From: Anthoceros angustus
Taxonomy: Eukaryota > Plantae > Anthocerotophyta
NCBI GenBank assembly: GCA_010909165.1
Contig: MU008158.1
Coordinates: 2,381,478-2,445,477, forward strand
Direction of reading: 5' to 3'
DNA: 64,000 nucleotides
This document shows, one piece after another, positions 1-14,365 of this stretch (position 1 is its first letter; each line of letters begins with the position of its first letter). Position numbers and translations under genes: made by a program. The notes below the pieces were generated by a model. It was not told where the DNA came from and did no database searches. It worked only from the letters and a program-made list of their open reading frames with translations.

Positions 1-1739
1 TTTTGGGCTTACGCTACACGACGTGAGATAAGGCCAGACTCGTCACCCCCGGATCTCTCTTCAGGTGAGTACCTCCCTCCGGTCCAGGACTCCAGATGGC
101 CGCAGAGCGAACGGCGAACACTGTGGGAGCCTCGTGGGGCAAAGCTTGCGGGCATGCAACAAGGAAGCCGTGCGGAAGTTTCCGTTTCCGTTTCCAGTAT
201 CATAACTCCCCAAGGCCAGCTAAAAGCTCTCGGGTGCCAGCTCTAAATGTCCTGTCGCCCCCGCACCGCACCACGCCTCCCAACGGACGCGAATGAAACC
301 CCCGGGTGCGTAGGAAACGCGCTGGTGGTGCTGGAGGAGGAGAAGCAAGAGATGTGGCCAGTGTTAGTGAGGAGTCGGGACAAACGGTGGTGGGTGGCTT
401 TGGTACAGCCGGCGGACGGTTGAGTAGGTACAAGGTGTTTACATTTTGTAACAGAGTGCGGCTCTCAGACAGCAAAAGTTGCAGGTCGGATTCACCCACA
501 GCGGGATAGGCCAGGCTAGGCTGTTGCTGAGGCCGATGGGCGATTCATGCGGGTAACGGTCACAGCCCTGCGAAGGAAGAGGTAGGTACTGTAGTTGCAG
601 CCTTGCAGGCCGGATGCCTCCACTGTGGGACACGTTCCATTTCTTAATGCGAGTCCCCCGCCTGCCTGCTCTCTCTTGCTGGCAGCCTGGGCAGGTATTG
701 TGGGTCGTCTTGCTGGGCTGCTCCTCCCCGCCCAGTGGCCTCCGCACGCGGCTCTGTCCTCAGGCGCCTCAGTTCCCTTGCGTTCTCCGCTGCCGCCGTA
801 TCCCGGTTTGTGGGTCGCTCAGCCGGGGTGCAATTCGCCTCATTCTCCCCCGCACAGCGTGTCTCTCCTCATTTCCGCCTTCTGTTCTTCGGGATCTGCG
901 TGCGCTGCGAGCCAGCTCGATCCCCACAGGCGGAGCTCTGTCCGCCGGTTGCGGCAATTGGGCTGCGCTGTGCCGTGGTGGGCGGTCCCGGAGCTGAAGT
1001 GTTGCGGCGCGGAGTCAGGCCCAGGATTTCCTCACCTGCCAGGCTGCGGGAGATCGCGACAACAGTACGATCCTGGCTCATCTGGAGATACCGCCCGATT
1101 GCGGATGAGGAGGTGGGTCGATTTGAAGATCGGGCCCCGGGAAGCAGTCTGAGACTGTGTTCAGCGGCGGTTGGAATTTTCCCGATGGATTCGCAGCAGC
1201 GGAATGGACCCGCTCGGATTTGCGCGGAAGCGGGAGGCGGGCGTCTTTGAGAGGATGGTCTTTCGGGGGCAGACAAGCTTCAGAGTACAGCTCTACCTGC
1301 TGTGGATGGAAGTTTTCCGGACCAGATCAATCGAGCGCCACACGCCCCAAATTCAATGCACCACTCCTGTGCGCACGAGGAGAGGACGTTAGCAGGGATC
1401 GGGTTCGATCGTTTGTAGGCTCGAGGTAGAAGCGTGGATTTTGGGGAGCGCCCTCTGCTCTTTTGAGGAGGCCCGCTTCATCTGCAATCGTTGCTGGAGA
1501 TGAATGCTTCAGTACCAGATGGATTGGAAGGATGAGGTGACTTGGTGACTTGGCGCCCTTCCGATTGGAAACTTGTGCCGGACAGATCCCCGACAGATTT
1601 TATGAACACGTGTCCAGGATCTGTGTGGAAAATCTGGAGAAATAGCTTTGATCAGCGGCTCTAGCACAGGTGCTCCATCTTGAGGGCAACAGAGGACAGG
1701 GGACTGCAGGCAACACAGGAGGAGCACCAAGTGCGCAGA

Positions 1740-4700
1740 ATGTCTGCATGGAAGCCGTCTGCGGTGGCCTCCTCCTTCATCATTCTACTTCTTGTATCAG
1801 GGCCCATGCCAAGCTGTGCAGCTCCCAACTTCACAGTCTCGCCGGATGGTACTGATTTTGGCCTCTCGCTTTTCGGTTGGAATGTCCAGTCATGTGCGTC
1901 TGACAGCTCGGTTTTCTTTGTCTTCAGAGGCTCCGCTGCTGGCATTCAAGAGTTCTATTCAGCAGGACCCATTTGGCGCACTGGACGACTGGGTTCCCGG
2001 ATACTTGTGCACAAATTGGAGCCATGTTGTGTGCGATTCACAGCTCCGAGTTATCTCATTGTATGTTCTGTCCAGAATGCACACCTGGATTTTGGTAATT
2101 TCGTTTGGCCAGCCAGCAAATTCTGATCATCGTGTGACTCTCAGGAATTTGCAGAATCAACTGCTCGTTGCTAGCTCCATCAGTTCGACCATAAGTCAGC
2201 TCACATTCCTGCAAAACTTGTGAGTGACGAGTAGTAGAGGTCGAGAGAGTGGGTTGCCTGTCTGAGTTTACGGTCTGTGTGATTTCTCTGGTTGAATGTG
2301 CACTGGCAGGAATTTAGAGAACAACAGTTTCGGTGGGAACATTCCTTCGGGCTTGGGAAACTTGATAAAGCTTCAACAACTGTGAGTAAATTCTAGCATA
2401 TACCTTCTGTAACGGGGCCATGTTCAGACCACCTGGATACCAGTTGTGAGCTAACGAACATGTATGATCCTGGTTGCTTACTGTTCTGCGTACTAAGTGT
2501 TATATCACTGCAGAAGGTTAGGCCGGAATCCTCTCACCGGGATAATACCGTTTGAGCTGACCACACTTGCAGGCCTCTTCTACCTGTAAGTGCACAGCAT
2601 AGTAACACCTTTCCTTGCGTTTGACCATCGTATCTTTGTCAATGGTTACTCAGACCTTGGCAATTGTCATGCAGTAATATCGCAAGGACAAGTATTTCGG
2701 GGAATCTGCCACCAACCGTTCAATACCTTCAAAATCTCTCATTCTTGTAAGTTGAACCTCTTTGGCTTTCCCCAAACCGGATGGCGCAATCTCAAATGGG
2801 TTTTCAGTTTTGTTAGGCCTTTGCTCAGCTTGAGAGAAAACCGTTATCTGATCGTTTTTTGCTATATTGCGTCATCCTAAGTTTGCTGCAGATTTCTTGA
2901 CAATACCGATTTGTCTGGACCCATTCCCCAGCAGATCGGGGCCCTGACAAAATTGCAGCTTCTGTGAGACTTCTCTACTGCCCAACATGTCCTTGTTGCT
3001 GTTCACAGTGGTGAACGAGTACTTACATACGATGTTGGCACATGTTGTCAGGCACGTGTATCATGATGCTCCGACAGTAGGGTCTTCTGGCCGCCTAACT
3101 GGGAACCTTCCTGACCTTGGAAGTCTTTCCTCACTGCAAGATGTGTGAGTCTCCAATCTGTAATTATGTGTAGGTGTTCTGGAGGGTGACATAAATGCAT
3201 GGGAATGCTCCATAGCAGTCCCTTAACCTTGCTTTTTTGATGCAGAAACCTGGCTAACAATGAACTGACAGGGAGCATGCCAGTTTCTTACTCAAACTTG
3301 GAAGAGCTTACTGGCCTGTATGCCATGCACCCTGCCACCTCGTTTCCTGCATGCTTTTCCCAGTGTCACGACTTTTCCAATCCATTTCACTGAGCGTGCT
3401 AACGTGTAAGACCTCACGTTCATCGTTTTACAGGAATGTCAGTGGCAACGAATTATCTGGTCCGGTTCCCAGTGGAATGTTTCATCTTAAATCTCTTAAA
3501 CATTTGTAAGTTTCAACACAGATATGTGGATGGTCTTCAAAACTTGCTGTCCTGCTTCCTGATTTGAGAGAGGACACCGAAGCCCATCCTGAAGGTTGAT
3601 GGGTGCAATGCAGTGACATCAGCTCGAACAACTTCAGTGGAACCATCGTAATCGGCACCATTGCGGACTTTCGGTGAGTTCACCTCTTCACAGTTACAGA
3701 CTCTGGACCTCTTTGTCTGTGACGTTTCTTGACTCGATAGTGGTCTCTGTGCAACAGTTACGACAACAATCCACTCCTGCTGCCTTTGAGCGATTGCACC
3801 GGCAATTGCTCACATGGTTCCAAGTTCGGAGTGGTTGTCATAATCGTCGCTGTGGCTGTAGTTTTCATCGTGGGAGCAGTTGTTGGAATACTTGGTTGCC
3901 GCTGGTACAGTAAGAGGGGGGCAAGGCGCTTCAAGAAAGACACTGCAGGTCCAAGTAGGTCTTCTAAGGTCCACCCCATCTCCTGATTGAAGAACGGTCC
4001 ACTCTGCTCACTCTGAAAGAACCTGTTGCTGAGCACTCTGATTCACAGTCGTCGCCTCTTGTGGCAGTCATCGAGCTAGAAAATACAAAATCAGCACTGC
4101 CGCCTGAGGTCATGCTGCCGATCCACACGCGCAACTTTACATTGGAGGAACTCGTTGTAGCCACCAATAACTTCGATCCCGAGCTTCTGCTCGGCTCAGG
4201 AGGGTTCGGAACTGTGTACAGAGGGAGGCTTGCAAAGAACGAAGCTGTAGCTATCAAGCGTGCTGGACAGCACTCACATCAGGGGATGAAGGAGTTTTGC
4301 AATGGTGAGAAGTGTCCCTCAATACCCCACCAAAGCGATTCTTTATGGACCTCCTTGATTCTGCAGAGTTCTGCGTCTGGTCTTATGCTTCATCTCTTTT
4401 CTTTGGCAGAGGTGGAACTCCTGTCGAAAATCCACCACAAGCACCTTGCCAATCTTATCGGCTTCTGTGCAGACTCAGGTTAGCCATACAAATCTGTCTT
4501 GTGGCATAGACAGGTCCTAACAACTCCAAAACACATCCAACATATCTACCTGAAATATGTGCAACGCACCTGGAGTGTGATGGTGTGACGAGTTCATCAA
4601 CTCGATCCTTTCATAGACGGCTTTCTGCCTAGTTCGAAGCCAGTGCTTGTAAGCAAGTAATGATTCCTCATGTTCACGGACCTGTTGCAGGCGAGCAGAT

Positions 4701-6235
4701 GCTGATCTACGAGTATGTACCCAACGGAAGCCTTCTTGAGCATCTCACAGGTAAGGGCTTTCTGCTTGCCACAACAGCCTACAACAATAGCTTCATGTGT
4801 GTAAGGATGTTTTCGTTTATCAGCTTCTTGCACTAATTCTCCACTTCTCATTTGCAGGACAAAGAGGGGCACCATTGACATGGAGGCAACGAGTTAACAT
4901 AGCAATCTGCGCCTCAAAAGGTGGGAGACTTTGGCCAGTGTGTGTTGGAAGCTTGTCCTGGAGGTGTTGTTGAAGGAAGAGTTGAATCCTTATCACCTCC
5001 TGCCATCAGCTGGGTAGGGTGGTCTATGTTCTGAGGGCCACTTGTCCGGGTGTGTTGCAGGTCTTGCATACTTACATGAAGGTTGCAGTCCACCCATCAT
5101 CCACCGGGACATAAAACCCAGCAACATCCTGGTGGACTTCGAGTATGAAGCAAAGGTGTCAGACTTCGGTTTGTCGAAATTGGGGCCAGCAGCAGGCCAC
5201 ACCCATGTCAGCACTGGGGTGAAGGGCACTCCAGGATACCTGGATCCCTACTACTACTTGAGCTTCCATCTGAGCACATCGAGCGACGTGTACAGCTTCG
5301 GAGTGATCCTTCTCCAGCTGGTGTCTGCCAAACCCGCTGTGGATCATTCCAGAAAGCGTGCCGAATACAACATCATCAACTGGGTAAGTGTGACTGACTG
5401 CCTGCCTGCCTGCCTGACTGCATGATCAGCAAGCAGCCTTGGGTGAAGGTGTGGCCTGATGCCCGCAATCTAGGCATGGTTCTGAATGAGGGGAGCTGGT
5501 ATCATCTTGTTCCAGGTAAAGCCGAGCGTGGAGGCAGGGAACATCGAAGCTGTGATGGACCCCATGCTGCTGCAACAGAATTACAACAGAGACATCATGC
5601 TGCACATGGCAGCACTAGGGCTAAGGTGTGTGAACAAGGAGGTGAAGAGCAGGCCGTCCATGACCGAAATCAGCCAAGAGCTGGAGCTGGTTCTCCGGAC
5701 CTACGACACCAAAGCTCGAATGCCAGACGAGGACGAGGCCGAAGCCAATAGGAACATCGTCAAGAGCCCTAGGTTCAACAGCGACGAGCACTCCTACGAT
5801 TTCTACGAGCAGGAGCGGTTCTATCCTGAAGAGAGCCAGAATTCCATGGACGGCTCGGACCCCGGGATGGGAAGGCGCATCAGCATAGCCATGACATCCG
5901 GTGAAGTATCCGGCCCCGTGGGCTCTTCCGAATTCCGGAGAAGGTCATCGGCAGAGAGCTCCGCCGACGTGTATCTCCGAACTCCTTCCAGCAGCGGGTC
6001 CGTGTATGTTTTCCCTCTGGACAGGGCAGAGAGCAACATCAAGTTCGATGGTATGACCTGGGTGGACATCAAGAACATCGACGATGAGCGGCTGCATCAG
6101 TTCAGCGGGGCCATCGCCTATGAAGAAAAGCTGCACGAATTCACCGGCAACATCGAGCTCAGCGGCACTCTGGAGCAGTACTACCCGCAGAAAGCCGTGA
6201 AAGCAAAGACGGCCCCAAAATCATCACCTCTCTGA
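1740..6235 (+). CDS. LRR receptor-like Ser/Thr kinase (multi-exon)
   Basis: Signal peptide MSAWKPSAVASSFIILLLVSG; LRRNT exon (LLAFKSSI..DPFGALDDW..C..WSHVVC); about 9 LRR exons, mostly 72 nt (e.g. NLENNSFGGNIPSGLGNLIKLQQL, NLANNELTGSMPVSYSNLEELTGL); TM helix GVVVIIVAVAVVFIVGAVVGILG; kinase motifs GSGGFGTVY, VAIK, HRDIKPSN, DFG; stop at 6233-6235. Confidence 0.95.
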
Positions 6236-8819
6236 TTGCAAGAACACTCACCTACTCAACCCCGTGGGCACACAGTTAGCGTTGATGACGACAGCCTGTG
6301 CTGCCGACGCCCTGGAACATTGTCAAGCTTGGCTTCAGCTTCAAATTGTCTTGTTTGCGGCTCAATCCTCCTCCTACCAAGTTGCATATGTCACCTGTCC
6401 TCGTTGCACCAAGAAGGCCAGGTCCCTACTGATGCCCCTGCCCCACTGTCATGACGTACCAGGGTTAGGGTGACTGTGGTGGCCGGGGCTGGAAAGCCCA
6501 AGTACATATGCCATTGGTGTCTGCACAAGGCAGTTGGGGAGCAACAGATGCTGCAGCAGCTATCTGGCCTGACATGCTTACGGGAGACTTTGTCAAGAGT
6601 GATCTCATCAACGAATTGAACACAAGTACTGATTGACATGCTGGTACGTTACGGTAGCTGCGCAGTGTTCGTCTGCAGCCTCATCATGGGCTGCACTGTG
6701 TCACACATAAGCTCTCGTGACCCCTCCTCCCTGATTGTACCAGCTTGGGGCAGCCCCGGCCCGGCCCAATCAAGGTGTGACTCGCTTCATTAGACACAGC
6801 CAAAGATCTGCTATGTGGGAGGTACTGCTGCCATGATTCCCTCTGGAACAGCAAGAAGCCGCTGCGGAGCTGTCCTACCATACAAGTACATTCCTCCATG
6901 TGTGCGGGCACAGCACAAGCACAGGCAGAGGAGAGGCAGCAGTTGGCACTGTTTTGGCTCTTCTCATGACACTATGGAGTATGTCCCTGCAATATGTATG
7001 TATGAAGTCTTGTTTGCTTGTGTGAGACAAGTGCCATTGAGAGCATGGCATCGCCGTCTGGGCACAGGTGGGGTGGGTGCCTTCACCCTCAACTGGGGCC
7101 CCTAGTAAATAATCTGACTAACTGTCCCAGTACACTGCTGATGATTGCACCAAATTCCAGGCGCTTCCCATCCAGGCGATGTGCAATTGCAATTGGCCAC
7201 ACACACTGGTACAGCATCAACCGGCTACATGTCAAAAAACCCTTGTGCTCGATTGAACATTCTAGCATCTGGGTGTCCAAATGAAAGCTCAGTGGCATCT
7301 TCCAGGCCGGTTGGGGAGCACGCATACAGACTTTGTGCCTCCCACTTAAACAAAGCTAATTGCTGGCTTCCAACGCCAAACGATCCGGTCTGCCTTTGTC
7401 GGGGCACCCGTTTGCCCCACCCCCCCATGTCAGCCTCACAGTTGCGTTTCTGGTCAACCCACTCACCCGGCTGGCTGGCTTTGATTACCAGCTAACCAGG
7501 GGAGATGGGCCGGTTCCCTTGCGGTTGTGGCTCAGGTGGTGGACAATGGACATGGCATTGCCAGAGTGGGATGCTCGATTCCAACGGTGACAGCTCCTGC
7601 CTTGCACTTGGTAACAACGCTGGCGCTCTCGTCTGTCCTGTACTGCTTTGGCAGTTCTGTTAATACTGCAGCAGGCTACATACATACAGACGTACTGTAC
7701 GCCTGGCAGTGGCCAGAATGCAGCCGGAGCCGGAGGGTATTGGTAAGTAGCGAGTAGCACAGCGTATGTACTACCTGTCTACCTCTACTTCAAGATTCCA
7801 CAGGCAGCCGTCTCTCTCGTCTCGTCTCGACCCGTCTAGTCTGGTGTCGTCTCCTGTGTGGGTGCCAAGTCGATCGATGATCGGATACATGCACCGCGAC
7901 AGGGACAAGCACTCCCAAATCCCAACTACACTGCCTCGCGGTGAGGCCTACAGGCAACCAAATATTCGCCGCAGGATGGCGACTCCCTGGCCGGGGCGTC
8001 AACGGCTCAGACGCCTCCGCCAGGAAACCATCATTCCCAACGACTTGCTGGCCGTCGGCCGGGGGCGGAGACAGTCTCTGACGTCGCCTTGACGTCGTCC
8101 GTAACGCTGGTCTCAACCAAGCTGCGTCGTGAGACGTCTTGTCGTGACACAGTTTCGAACCCTCGACCGCGCGATTAGGAGACGATAACCCTGACCACCA
8201 CGCCGACCAGCGGATTAACATCTCTCCTACACGACACACTTGAACTGAAGGATATGAGGTCGACGGAGCAACGGGACCTCCCAACGGATAGAGAACCAGG
8301 GACGGGCCCGCGAGGACGACCGGGGGTCGGCGTCTGGGACCGTGAGTTGCGCGCGGGCAGGCAGCTGGGACGCTGTCCCCGGCGGGGCTCTGCCATTATG
8401 CAACACGTTGCGGCAGGGATCGGTTTCGCCAATGACCCGCCTGGCTTTTCACACCTACCGGTCGGTCGGGATGGCAACCGTGGTTGGGGAATCTCCGGGC
8501 CACGGCGAATGATGGCGCAAGCGCGGCGCTGGGGCCGGGGACCGGGACCGCCCCCGTTACGCGTCCCTTTCAGTCCATGCCTCCGTTGCACCTGCTCATT
8601 GGCACGGTAAGACGGTGGTGGCGACGTTCCGTAGTGGCAGCCTTGCCCCCGTTGCCGTTTCCCGCTCCCGTTCCAGTCTGGCATTCACGATCCGAGTCCG
8701 GGTAGCAGCAGACGTACGGCAGCCGCTTGGTGATTCCGTGTTTGCCTTCACCTGGTTGGTGAAATCATGCCCCCGGTAGAACGCGCCGTGTTTAGACCCA
8801 CCCTGTTCCGTCCAAGTGG

Positions 8820-11800
8820 ATTATAATAGATTTCTTTTTCTTATTTGTTCTTATGATGTTTTCCGGGGCAGTGGATGTGGTATTCAAAATTCAAATGGAG
8901 GCTTGCTTGTATATAGGTATTTTATCTTTAAAAACATTATCTCGTGAACTGGTTTCTAAGCTATTTTTTAAATCATATTGGTAAGATAACGAGATCATAT
9001 TAGATCAACTAATTCATTAGTTCAATAAAATAGTACATATTAATATTTTTTAATATTTTAGTTACAAGCTATTTAATATAATACAAGTTATCATGAATTG
9101 TATCACACATGACCTCTTTAAAATAAAAAATATATATCAAATTTTTTGAAATATCATGAAAATTTACTCAAAATGATATTGGTAATGTTATTGAGATATG
9201 ATATATACTTAACTTTAGTCATTTTGATACTTATTGGATACTACTACTAAAGGCATGTCAACGCTATTAGACTCTATTAGACTGTGAAAACATTATAAAG
9301 AATGATTTGGTACATGTTAAGATTTCAAAACACAAGTAAAGATATAGAACAAATATTTTTACCTCTTATCACTGAAGCGAATGCAGTCTTATTCTGATTT
9401 GACTTGTTTCTATTATTTTTAATCATAGAAGCATATAATAGAAGGATTATTATGAATCCCAAAGGGATTTGTAGTTCTTCCTTGTTTAATTTGAGAACTT
9501 GCCTTTTCATTTCTTTAGGAAAAAACCTCTTGCTTATCATGTTGTTCACCATGGTTGTGGTCATGATCGGTCCAGGCCACCACAAGGTGCAAGTCATAGT
9601 CTATCCACCTCAAAGCGGCTTCAACTAATCAAGAATTCAAGGTCAACGTGTGTTGCCGCCCTGAAAAGAACAACGTCTTTTACACTTGAGAACTGCAGTA
9701 TTTTTCTACAAGTCACGTAGGCAATTGGAAGAAAGCCTCAGAAGCGGACCAAAACTAATCCATCGCTGCTCATTCGATAGTTAGTTGCAAAAACCAATTT
9801 ACTATATAGAGAATGTGCATAAACAATCAACATGTCAAATCATTTTAGAAAAAATAGTTGGACCTACACTTTCGAAGAAGGACATTTCTTACTATGTTAA
9901 GGATGTCGTGGCCCACCAATTTATGATCGCATTTTGCGAAAGATTTGTGAGAATGAACAATTCCATGTTACAATGTTAAGACGAAGTCTATATGTGAGTG
10001 TTAAGATTAAATCAATATATGAGCTCCTTGTAAGTGTATGTATCTTCTTACGATTAGGTCTTGAATTCCAGATGAAGTAATGTTGTAATTATCCAAACCT
10101 GCCTATAAATGGTAGAAATATAGTAGGAAGATTATCTAACATTCTGCATTCGACATTGTTATAATATAACAGTGTTTTCCACTCATAGTAACTATTGATA
10201 ATGTTCATAGCATTATTCACCAAAATTTATGGATTAGATAGCGCTCATTCGCTTGCGATAAATGACGGTACATACAAATATATTGTATTCGGTAAAAAAT
10301 GTGCTCTTTCTCAGCATATTTATTGTATAACAAGCTTACATTTCATACTTTAAACACATGATGTATTGGGCAAGAGTGCTTCACTTATGCAATATCACAA
10401 GACAAACCAAACTTAATGCTTCAAAACATAGTGTATTGGGCGAGATTGTTCCCTCATATCCTTTACACTATAAAACAAAATCCATTGGCATAAGCTCAAT
10501 GTGTCACTAGGATAGCTCGAATCCATATGTGTAGTGAGTACTGATTAGGCGTAACTTTTGGGTAAAATGGTCTTCCTTATATCTTCGTCGTTGCACTACA
10601 TTCTTTCGCTTGCTGTGCTTCGCTCTTGCACTTGCTACGCCGCTTCGCATAGTATGCTTCGCTTGGGTACAAACAATCTCGCCATGGCCACAACGCCAGA
10701 TCAAACCACTCCATTCCTTTCCTTGGTTGGCGAAGCACTCTGCTCCTTTGTTGCTTCCAGTTTTTCAGTCACCCCTCCACTCCTTTCCTTCGCCGCCCTT
10801 GTACTCTACTCCTCCGCTACCACTGCGAGTTCCTCTGTCACCCCTAGGCCTCCACTCCTCTTCTTCGTCGTCCCTCCACTCTACTCCTCCATTGTCCCAC
10901 GATCGGTCTTCCGCACTACATGCTTTAATCTTGGACGAGTTCCATCTTCAAATTAAAATTGTTGACACCCATATGTAGTAGTTCTTAGGCCTTATGTCAT
11001 TAACAGTTTTTAGACTTGGAGTATATATCGGATTATATACCATTATGATTAGCATAATACACAAATTGATGATGAGAACAATGTGTAGTGAAGGCTACTA
11101 TTGGTTGACAAAAGCATCGAGTTTTAGATTAGTGAAAGAAAATTTTTAAGAAACTTCATGATTGGTGTTGTACCGACCATTTTAGGGAGAGATTCATCGT
11201 ACATTAAAAATTAGAAGCGCTTAGACCACATTGGTTAAGTCAAACTAGTCTCAGTCACTTCCATAGTTAGCTAATTTACAAGCTAACAAAAATGACACAC
11301 ATCTTTATGATCGTTTATAAACTCACCAATTTGTGAACCAAATCAGCACTCAATTCAATTCAGATTGCAGTTGTATCCAATCTAGTTTTGGCTCTAGCTT
11401 CGTATGGTGGGAAGTACAAAGTTGTGATGAGTCGATTAGCTTTCTTTCTTATGTTTGGTTGTGTCACTTATCCTTAAAGATACCTAACCAAACGCAAATG
11501 ATGAAGTATGTGCATGCTTGTTTCAAAAATTTGGTGAGTTTCAACAGGAGTTCATTTGATTCCGGGTCAAGTCTCATCAACGTCGTTTACAACCACTCTT
11601 CTAATTGTCTTATAGTTTCCACTTTCTTCCATACTAGCTACAGGTTTGTGGGACGAAATGAGCAAAAACATACAAAATGTTTTGGGTTGCCGACGCCCTA
11701 CGTGTGGCTAGAGATGCATGAGGCGTTTCAAGGTTTACTAGGAAGCGGAAACGCAGTTCTTCACTATACTAGGTCTATTAAACCCAATCATGAGTGAGAG

Positions 11801-12070
11801 GGTTTGAAACATTTTACCAAAAAATGCGAGAATCATTGTCCTCCTAAGATACCTCTATAAATAAAAAAAATCTTCCTAATTGGTTCTACGTTCCATGAAA
11901 CATGTGCACAAGATGGATTTAGAGGCCACGAGATTGTAGTATCAAGAAAAAACCTATGAAACTCATCTTGCTATATCGCACTAGCTTCCTTGACCACAGT
12001 TCATTGAATAAATATTAATTATTTTAATGGTAAAATAATACTTAAAAAGAATAAAAAAACTTTATAAATA
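8820..12070. mobile_element. AT-rich island, probable degenerate transposon or repeat remnant
   Basis: Abrupt switch from GC-rich flanks to AT-rich sequence with only short, unrecognisable ORFs; no TIR or LTR identified by eye. Confidence 0.3.
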
Positions 12071-14365
12071 TGCAAAGATGAGAAGTCCCATCTACAACAG
12101 GGCGATCGCCCTAGGGGCCAGGCGAAGGAACCAGTCCACACGAATACTTTATTTCGTTTGTTACTCTTTTTTCGTTGGGTTGTGTGGAGGGTGTTTTGAA
12201 GGAGGATGTTCCCTTCGCGGGTACCAGATGGCCGGAACGGAGGCACGGTGACAGGCAAGGGCATAAAAAGGAGGAAAAAACTTTTGGAAACAGCGGTGGG
12301 TGGGACGACAGAGCAGAGGGGGTAGCAGGGGGCGTGGGGGTGCGCAGTGGAGTGTACGCCGGCCGGACCGGGCCGGGCCCGGCCCGATCCGGGCCCCAAT
12401 CCCGGGGAAAGAGACGCATCAAACGCATTATGCTCTTACCGGGCGTCTCAACCTACTCGCCAAAATCCTGCTCTTCCAAGAAGTGAGTGGTGGCGGGGAC
12501 AGTCCCGCGCCGGATAACGACGGCAACCCGCCCTCCGGTTACCCTAACTCCGGGCCCCACAGACACCTTTGCGCTGTAGCCTGCAGCCTGCGCTCCCCTA
12601 TGTGGACAGAACGGTGCAACGGTACGGGGGGCCGCGGGGACTGAACACCGTTCACGGCGCTCGGGTTAAACCGTGGTCGCCATCCGTGCATCACGATCAA
12701 GCGGCCGTGGCGCCCTTTTCATCTCCCTCCTCTTTCCTTCCCTCCAGCTCAAGCCTTCTCGCCGGGCGTGAATTGCTCATTTCTGGATTGCGCGTCAAGC
12801 CATCTTGCCGCTCCCGCGCAAGCTCTTGCTTGCGAGCCGTCTCCGGATCCGGGCCCGGCTCCTCGCACACGCGCCTCGAAGCGGTTCTCGGAGGCAAGGT
12901 CGTGAACATTTCTGATCGATCGCAGTAGGCCGACCACCAGCTGTGACGGTTGCGGGCATTGCGTGGCGTGCTGTGCTGTGCCTGGAGCGGCTTCGAATGA
13001 TCGAGGATGACGCAGAAAGAGGCGGGGCGCAGCGGAGAGCCCCCGCGGCTCTCGCCTCGTAAGCCGACATGTCCGGCGAACTTGAGAGACGCATCCGTGC
13101 TGCAAACCTCGTCAAGATTCTCCTTCCTTTGCTCTGATTCTTTTCCGCTTTCGGAGCCCTTCCCTTGCTAGCTCTGCCTCATCCTCCCCGTTTCTCAACC
13201 ACGACTCCTCGGTTCGGATGTCGTTGGACCTGTCCATTTGCCTGTCCCCAAGGTCGAGCCTTGCCTTTTCCGGTAGAATCTTCTTTCCTCTCCTAGCAGG
13301 CAATAGGATTGTGCCTGATTCCCTTTTTCGATCGTTTCAAGGGCGGCTGATTCTTTCGCTTTGAAGAACTTTGATCTTCAGGAGCACAACAGTCCTCTGA
13401 TTATCTCTTGTGGCTTCAAAGTTCATCATGACAGTGATTGAGACACGCCACACATGATCAAAGGGCTCGCTTGCACACTGTTTCCCGATAGGCTTTCCCA
13501 TCCAGATCCCAGACCTCTCCGCGGAGAGCTCAGCAGGTTCTCCTGAATTCTTCCCCTTTCGTTCTTCTTTGAGTCCCACGCGAATGTGCTGCAGCTCCTC
13601 CTCTCAGTCTGAGAGCTGCCACAGGGACTTTGCTTGGCAGCGATTGCAACAACTGTGAAACCAGCCCGTTGGCTCAGACTGGCCAGATATCAGAGACGTT
13701 TGGACAGAACTCGTCATCCACATTCTAAATATCCGGACCAAGCCTTGACGGATTACTACAGATGGCTGGTGGTTGCAACTCGCAACACCAGTCTGAGATT
13801 GCCGTTGTGTGTTGAACCAAGTCCATCAAGCGCCGTACAATTCACAAGCTGAGTGCAAGGAGCACTCACCAGTCAGTATCACTGAATGAGCACTAGCGCC
13901 AGTGCTTCTGTGCCAACATTCTGCACGGAGCTGTACTCGGAAACCACCAAGAGCTTGCATTTGCAAGAATGAGCGTTGCTCAACTGACTCCAGGTATGTG
14001 CTCATCCCTTGGCCAGCTCCACCAGTTTGTGTTGGCTGTTTCAAATCTGGGGCTGATCGCGCACACCTAAAGTTCTTCCAGAAGTATTAAACTCCTTTCA
14101 AGTCGATTGTCTTTCCTGCAATTCGAAAACAGTGTCGAATAGGGAACAGGGGTTGGGGATGAGATAACATGTGCGACCTGGCCCCACACTTTGCACGAGT
14201 CGCTTTTGTTGACAGACTGTAGATCATTTCTGTTCAAATTCTCAAGTGTTTAAATCTTGGAAGTGCTCTGCATTGCATTGCAGCAGTTGAGTGGTGCTCG
14301 TCTAAGCGAGCTAGTCGAGCAGCAGGTAGCTCACGCCTTCTGGCTCTAATTACAATGTATTTGCC

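Noticed and set aside
1-1700. Many overlapping 60-185 aa ORFs
   Set aside because: GC-rich promoter/5' UTR-type sequence with mostly non-ATG starts and no recognisable domains.
6240-8800. Overlapping ORFs downstream of the RLK
   Set aside because: No coherent exon structure or protein motifs; expected by chance at this GC content.
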